Shown: piece after piece, positions 27,897-32,000 of the stretch
How positions within the stretch are numbered: position 1 is the first letter of the stretch
Layout: every line of letters begins with the position of its first letter
Source of the DNA: Methanothermus fervidus DSM 2088
Lineage (GTDB): Archaea; Methanobacteriota; Methanobacteria; DSM-2088; Methanothermaceae
Direction of reading: 5' to 3'
Length of the DNA stretch: 32,000 nt
Assembly (NCBI GenBank): GCA_000166095.1
Contig: CP002278.1
Coordinates: 720,001 to 752,000, forward strand
Translations under genes and position numbers: made by a program
The notes under the pieces: model-generated
The model's input: the letters and a program-made list of their open reading frames with translations, nothing else
Told to the model about the DNA's origin: nothing
The model's database searches: none

Positions 27897-29391
27897 TAAA
27901 GCCTTTAAAAATTTTAGCTAAACCCCCTCCAGATTGTTTCTTTTTATGATATTTTAATCTTTCTGCAAGTATACATCTATCTCCACGATTACCTCCTATT
28001 GGTATACGTGGTGTCCCTAAAGAATTCATACATCTAGCCATCATGGCAGCTCCAAGTGCTAAACCATCAGAAACAAATACACAATCTTCAAAATAATCGT
28101 TAACATATTCAAGAATTAATTCAGGTTTTTTACCTGTTATACCAGCCCTACCTGTTACTCCCAAAACTGAGCCATCTTCAATTATGTCTTCATTAACAGC
28201 TTCTTCCACTAATCTTTTAGCTATTAGTGCACTTACATAATCAATTGTTCCAAATAAAAGCTCTAAACCATCATTTTCATAAATTTCTTTTCCAAGTTCT
28301 GATAGTTTATGGAATTTGCTTCCATTTTTTCCTACATCACACCCGATAAGAACTGTTCCAGCATTTTCTGCAGCTTTTGGGTCTACAGGTACAGTACCAA
28401 ATCTACTTCTACTTTTTGGAACTTTTCTTATGTCTATATATTTGTGGACTTCTTCTGCATATTCTTGTGCTTTTTCTGCATCATATTTACCTTTTGTAGC
28501 TTTTACATCTAATACTGCACCTAGTTTTTTATCAACAAGATTAGTACCCTTTATTATGGCATCTGGTATTGCACCAGCCAATCCACAGAAATTTCCAACA
28601 GTTTTAGCATATGGTTTTTCACTATTTACAATTCTCCCAGCTAGTGTAGTACCAAAATCCATTGATACACAAGGATTACGAAAATCAACGTCAGTCCATT
28701 TGGCACCAAGCTTTATTCCAGCAGTTACAAGTTCTCCTTCCATTTCATTTGCAACCACTTCTCTACCAGTAGGAGGAAGTACTCCAGCTACTGCACCATC
28801 AAATGCTATCTTATCTAACAAACTATAATCTTGAAATTCTTTAGGTAAATTTTCCAATGATAATGCAGGTGTCATTCTTGCTGGAGGAATGCCTGCCTTT
28901 AAACAACCCTCTGCCAATGCTTTTATCATTTTTCCAACTTCTTCTGGAGATGCAAAACCAGCTGTGACACCTGTAGATCTCACTACAAAGTGAATATCTT
29001 TTTTTATGTCTAATTTAGCTCTTTTTGCAGATTCATGTATAGTATCCTTGACCAAATCTGCCACAGATTCTTTTGTAAGTTCAACACCCCAAATTGTTTT
29101 CCCAAAAACCTTTTCACCGGGTTTTGGAGGTCTAACGTCCCGTGTCATTTTAACAGTTTTATCTAATAAATACGTTCTACTTGTTCTGAGGTTTGTAGCT
29201 GTTATTATGCATTTGGTCGTTGTGTTTCCTAACTCTACTGATGCAACAATGTAATGTACATCTGGCTCCATTGAATATCCAGAACCAACAGTTTTTTTAA
29301 TAAAAGAAGTAGATTTTATTTCTTCTATTGTTTTATATTTACTTTTTGCCATAATTGGTTTAGGTCCAAACAATCTTTTTAAAAATGACAA
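27880..29391 (-). CDS. methanogenesis marker protein 14-like protein
   Basis: ASKHA-like phosphate-binding features ('VASVELGNTTTKCIITATNLRTSRTYLLDKTVKMTRDVRPPKPGE', 'SMDFGTTLAGRIV', 'GVLGVTGRAGITGKK'). Located beside mtr genes. TTG start at 29391 with upstream GGAGG preferred over 29475. Confidence 0.83.
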   Translation of the reverse strand: MSFLKRLFGPKPIMAKSKYKTIEEIKSTSFIKKTVGSGYSMEPDVHYIVASVELGNTTTKCIITATNLRTSRTYLLDKTVKMTRDVRPPKPGEKVFGKTIWGVELTKESVADLVKDTIHESAKRAKLDIKKDIHFVVRSTGVTAGFASPEEVGKMIKALAEGCLKAGIPPARMTPALSLENLPKEFQDYSLLDKIAFDGAVAGVLPPTGREVVANEMEGELVTAGIKLGAKWTDVDFRNPCVSMDFGTTLAGRIVNSEKPYAKTVGNFCGLAGAIPDAIIKGTNLVDKKLGAVLDVKATKGKYDAEKAQEYAEEVHKYIDIRKVPKSRSRFGTVPVDPKAAENAGTVLIGCDVGKNGSKFHKLSELGKEIYENDGLELLFGTIDYVSALIAKRLVEEAVNEDIIEDGSVLGVTGRAGITGKKPELILEYVNDYFEDCVFVSDGLALGAAMMARCMNSLGTPRIPIGGNRGDRCILAERLKYHKKKQSGGGLAKIFKGFSDGWR

Positions 29392-29443
29392 AAAATTACC
29401 TCCAAAAAACAGAAAATAAAAATTAATTAAAAAAATAAAAAAA

Positions 29444-30376
29444 TTAGAGAAGCTTAAAGAATGGATGCTCTTCAATAGGTTCAGTGCCTATATCTTTTAC
29501 AGCTTCTGCTATAAATACATCACACATAGCACATGCTGGGAATGCCATCTTAGCGTTTTCTATTGGACCATATAATACGAAATCTCCACCTGCCATCTGT
29601 TGAATTAAATTAGATCCAACGTCACATATTGGCCATGCTTCTTTATGTTCTTTCCTGTATTCTCGTAGCCAATCCCATGCAGATGGCACGTTATGAATAC
29701 CACTTCCAACTGGGTATCCCCATTTACTTTTGGCAACATATGTTGTTCTTATAGCGTTTCCAGCTCCTTGACCAAGAGGTGTTACTGCAACATCCAACAA
29801 TGGTTTATCAATACCACATTCTTCTGCAATTTCTAAAAGTCCTTTATCTAATGCATCTCCACCATTTTCCCATATTGCGATTTTGCCTTCAACACTAGGA
29901 TCCATTGCATTAAATCCAAGGACAATTGATGCTGATACATCAGTTTCTTTTAGTGCATCAAATTCTTTTTCTTCTCCTGACATGTTAATTGAATTATAAA
30001 TAGCGCGATCTGCTACTCCTATTTCATCTACATACTTTGCACCAGCTATTCTAGCATCAGCTGATGTTGAATCTATAAGAAATGGTACGTCTGTGACATC
30101 TGCAACAAATTCTAAGTATTTAACTATTGCATCTTCTGTTGCACCAAAAACTTGTACAAGATGGGGATTTCCTGTTGTGTCAGACATCTCTTCTTGGATC
30201 TTTATTAGTTCTTCTGCCTTATCCTTATCGAATACACCTTTTTTCTCATCTTCAATGATGCTATGACCACCATAAAATATAGTTCCAGCTAATACTGTTG
30301 GATATTCACCAGGTTGTCCACCAATTTTTACTCCTGCGATATCAAGAACAATTTGTTCTTTATCAAATCTAAACAT
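29444..30376 (-). CDS. mtrH: tetrahydromethanopterin S-methyltransferase subunit H
   Basis: 'MFRFDKEQIVLDIAGVKIGGQPGEYPTVLAGTIFYGGHSI', 'GNPHLVQVFGATEDAIVKYLEFVADVTDVPFLIDST'. Confidence 0.97.
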   Translation of the reverse strand: MFRFDKEQIVLDIAGVKIGGQPGEYPTVLAGTIFYGGHSIIEDEKKGVFDKDKAEELIKIQEEMSDTTGNPHLVQVFGATEDAIVKYLEFVADVTDVPFLIDSTSADARIAGAKYVDEIGVADRAIYNSINMSGEEKEFDALKETDVSASIVLGFNAMDPSVEGKIAIWENGGDALDKGLLEIAEECGIDKPLLDVAVTPLGQGAGNAIRTTYVAKSKWGYPVGSGIHNVPSAWDWLREYRKEHKEAWPICDVGSNLIQQMAGGDFVLYGPIENAKMAFPACAMCDVFIAEAVKDIGTEPIEEHPFFKLL

Positions 30377-30401
30377 GTTGATTAAACCTCCTTTAACTTT
30401 T

Positions 30402-30650
30402 TTAAATTCTAAGTAATAATCTCACTGCTGGAAGTGCAAAGAAAATTATTAAAATTATTATACCTAAGATAACACCATAAGCTATTCCAATGTCTCTGCC
30501 AATTTGTTGTCCTAACCTTTCAAAATATTCTCCAGCTGCAAAGTCAACTTTCTTTTCCATTTCATCAAGTCTTTCATCTATTTTATTGTATTCATCTACT
30601 GAGACTAATACACGAGGTATTGTGGTTCCTTCATCATCATTATTTGTCAA
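30402..30650 (-). CDS. mtrG: tetrahydromethanopterin S-methyltransferase subunit G
   Basis: '[51 protein letters not shown]' plus gene order. Confidence 0.95.
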   Translation of the reverse strand: MTNNDDEGTTIPRVLVSVDEYNKIDERLDEMEKKVDFAAGEYFERLGQQIGRDIGIAYGVILGIIILIIFFALPAVRLLLRI

Positions 30651-30654
30651 TATA

Positions 30655-30870
30655 TCATCCTCCTAAAGCTCTAAAAACGGCGACAATACCTATTAAAATT
30701 ACAGCAAGTAAAATACCATAGATCAATCCAGGAATTCTTGTTTGTATTAATCCTGAAAATACTCTTCCTTCTCTTGCAATCAACTGAACCCTATAGCAAA
30801 TATCATCTGTTGTTTTTTTCACGCCTTTAATATTTGGTTTATTAGATAATGATATTGCCAAGAAATACAC
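30655..30870 (-). CDS. mtrF: tetrahydromethanopterin S-methyltransferase subunit F
   Basis: '[32 protein letters not shown]' plus gene order. Confidence 0.94.
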   Translation of the reverse strand: MYFLAISLSNKPNIKGVKKTTDDICYRVQLIAREGRVFSGLIQTRIPGLIYGILLAVILIGIVAVFRALGG

Positions 30871-30874
30871 CCCC

Positions 30875-31594
30875 TCAAATTAGAAGTATAAATCCTATTA
30901 AAAGTGTAAGTGCAAGACCTATACCAGTACCTTGAATTTTTCCTGCATACATTCCTGCCCACATTCTCTGTATTCCTCCGACCATCATTATTTGTGTCTG
31001 CATATCTCTAATTCTTGCTTCAATTAAAGCTGTCTCTGGTGAAATTGGATTTATTTTCTCTGCTTCCCCTTCTTCTTCCTCTTCTTCAACCTTTACTACC
31101 ATTGCTTCCTCTTCAAAAGCCCCTGGATCCTTCTCTATGCATTCCTTAACCTTTTCCTTTATCTGATCAGCATCCTCAACATCTATCAAATCAACAATCT
31201 CAACCTGTTTCTGGAATCTCTCCAATGCTTCCTCTGGTAAATTCTCTATGTAAGGTATTGCTCCCTTTGCACCAATTATCTTCTTTTTATCATCAACGCC
31301 ATTCTTATGTAGTGCTTTTATACTTTGTCCAGTTATATGCCCTTGAACCTCTGAACCACATAAAACTAGGAATCTTATGTTTGGATTTGAGATTATATTT
31401 GCTATTACCTTCTCTATTCCTAAATTCTCTGTCTTGCAAGGCCCAGCTATTGCAGCTCCTGCATCTATTGGTATATCTTCTATATGTGATGCTAATGTTA
31501 CTGCTGCAACAGGACTTTCAGGATCTCCAACAATATAATCTCCACTAACTACTGGCCATCCTTCTGCTGGTTCTTTTTTCTCAGCCAAAATCAT
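30875..31594 (-). CDS. mtrA: tetrahydromethanopterin S-methyltransferase subunit A (corrinoid-binding)
   Basis: '[30 protein letters not shown]', '[24 protein letters not shown]' (His ligand region), C-terminal TM. Confidence 0.97.
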   Translation of the reverse strand: MILAEKKEPAEGWPVVSGDYIVGDPESPVAAVTLASHIEDIPIDAGAAIAGPCKTENLGIEKVIANIISNPNIRFLVLCGSEVQGHITGQSIKALHKNGVDDKKKIIGAKGAIPYIENLPEEALERFQKQVEIVDLIDVEDADQIKEKVKECIEKDPGAFEEEAMVVKVEEEEEEGEAEKINPISPETALIEARIRDMQTQIMMVGGIQRMWAGMYAGKIQGTGIGLALTLLIGFILLI

Positions 31595-31908
31595 ACACCT
31601 CCAAATTTAAGTAAAATTAAAGCGAAAACTATCAATCCAAATACAAATCCATATATCATGTTTGTAATTTTTCCCTGAGTTATATAGATACCTTCTCTTC
31701 CTGGATATGACTCTGGAGGAATTGTATTGGGATCTAAAGAATTATAAAGATTATCCACAGCCACCTCCAATTTATCCAACTCTTTATTTAAATCGTCCAT
31801 TGAAAGAACAATTACATCTCTTCCAAGTGCAGTACTAATGACACCAGCTGATGGATCCAAAGCTAAATTAAATTCAGGTGCTACATGAATGAAAGGAAGC
31901 ATTTCCAT
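31591..31908 (-). CDS. mtrB: tetrahydromethanopterin S-methyltransferase subunit B
   Basis: '[23 protein letters not shown]' N-terminus, C-terminal TM; between mtrA and mtrC. Confidence 0.94.
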   Translation of the reverse strand: MEMLPFIHVAPEFNLALDPSAGVISTALGRDVIVLSMDDLNKELDKLEVAVDNLYNSLDPNTIPPESYPGREGIYITQGKITNMIYGFVFGLIVFALILLKFGGV

Positions 31909-31937
31909 TTTTATACAACCTCCAAGTGTTTTATAAT

Positions 31938-32000
31938 CTATTGTTCTTCTTCAGGCCACCAGCCTGTTCTTTGTACTATTGTGTTCTCGAATACATCCTT
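31938..32000 (-). CDS. mtrC: tetrahydromethanopterin S-methyltransferase subunit C, C-terminal fragment (runs off the window)
   Basis: Manual translation gives ...[20 protein letters not shown] immediately upstream of mtrB. Identity inferred from conserved mtr gene order. Confidence 0.65.
   Translation of the reverse strand, partial: KDVFENTIVQRTGWWPEEEQ

Noticed and set aside
27923-27930. GGAGGGGG on the minus strand as a ribosome-binding site for cobY
   Set aside because: It is about 26 nt from the GTG start and is explained as the codons for the SGGG segment of the upstream marker-14-like protein.
16132-31548. Other opposite-strand ORFs such as 16132-16446, 16833-17384, 18666-19022, 28316-28828 and 31225-31548
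   Set aside because: Each is fully nested in a confidently identified gene on the other strand, and its composition matches antisense translation of a Lys/Glu-rich protein.
1-32000. CRISPR arrays, tRNAs, rRNAs, prophage or toxin-antitoxin modules
   Set aside because: No regularly spaced repeats, no cloverleaf-like GC-rich islands noticed in intergenic gaps, and no phage, transposase or recombinase domains in the translated ORFs. A tRNAscan-SE run would be needed to be definitive.

Overview
This window is a dense, AT-rich archaeal segment from a methanogen. It has two main blocks. (1) A minus-strand gene train runs from about 32.0 kb down to about 21.0 kb: the end of mtrC, then mtrB-A-F-G-H, a methanogenesis-marker-14-like protein, cobY-like, PRC-barrel, hcgA-B-C-D-E-F (FeGP cofactor biosynthesis for [Fe]-hydrogenase) and sufC-sufB. 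(2) A plus-strand pseudomurein-type cluster spans about 15.7-21.0 kb: CarB-like ATP-grasp, MraY-like glycosyltransferase, Mur-ligase-like, and two conserved membrane-anchored proteins. The first 15 kb is mostly housekeeping: NAD synthesis genes nadC, nadA and nadE; RNase Z; MscS; sortase; archaeal ornithine-cyclodeaminase-like LOR/SDH protein; FBP aldolase/phosphatase; archaetidylinositol phosphate synthase; CutA; LeuRS; and a KH + PP-loop ATPase fusion. The pseudomurein-type genes, mtr gene order and low GC point to Methanobacteriales, possibly Methanothermus-like (inference). I found no CRISPR array, intact mobile element, rRNA or tRNA. The best leads are the fusion of sufCB to the hcg gene train (with hmd and hcgG absent from the window), the two uncharacterised exported proteins in the pseudomurein cluster, the KH/PP-loop protein, a small membrane ORF missed by the ORF track, and a roughly 570 bp non-coding gap.
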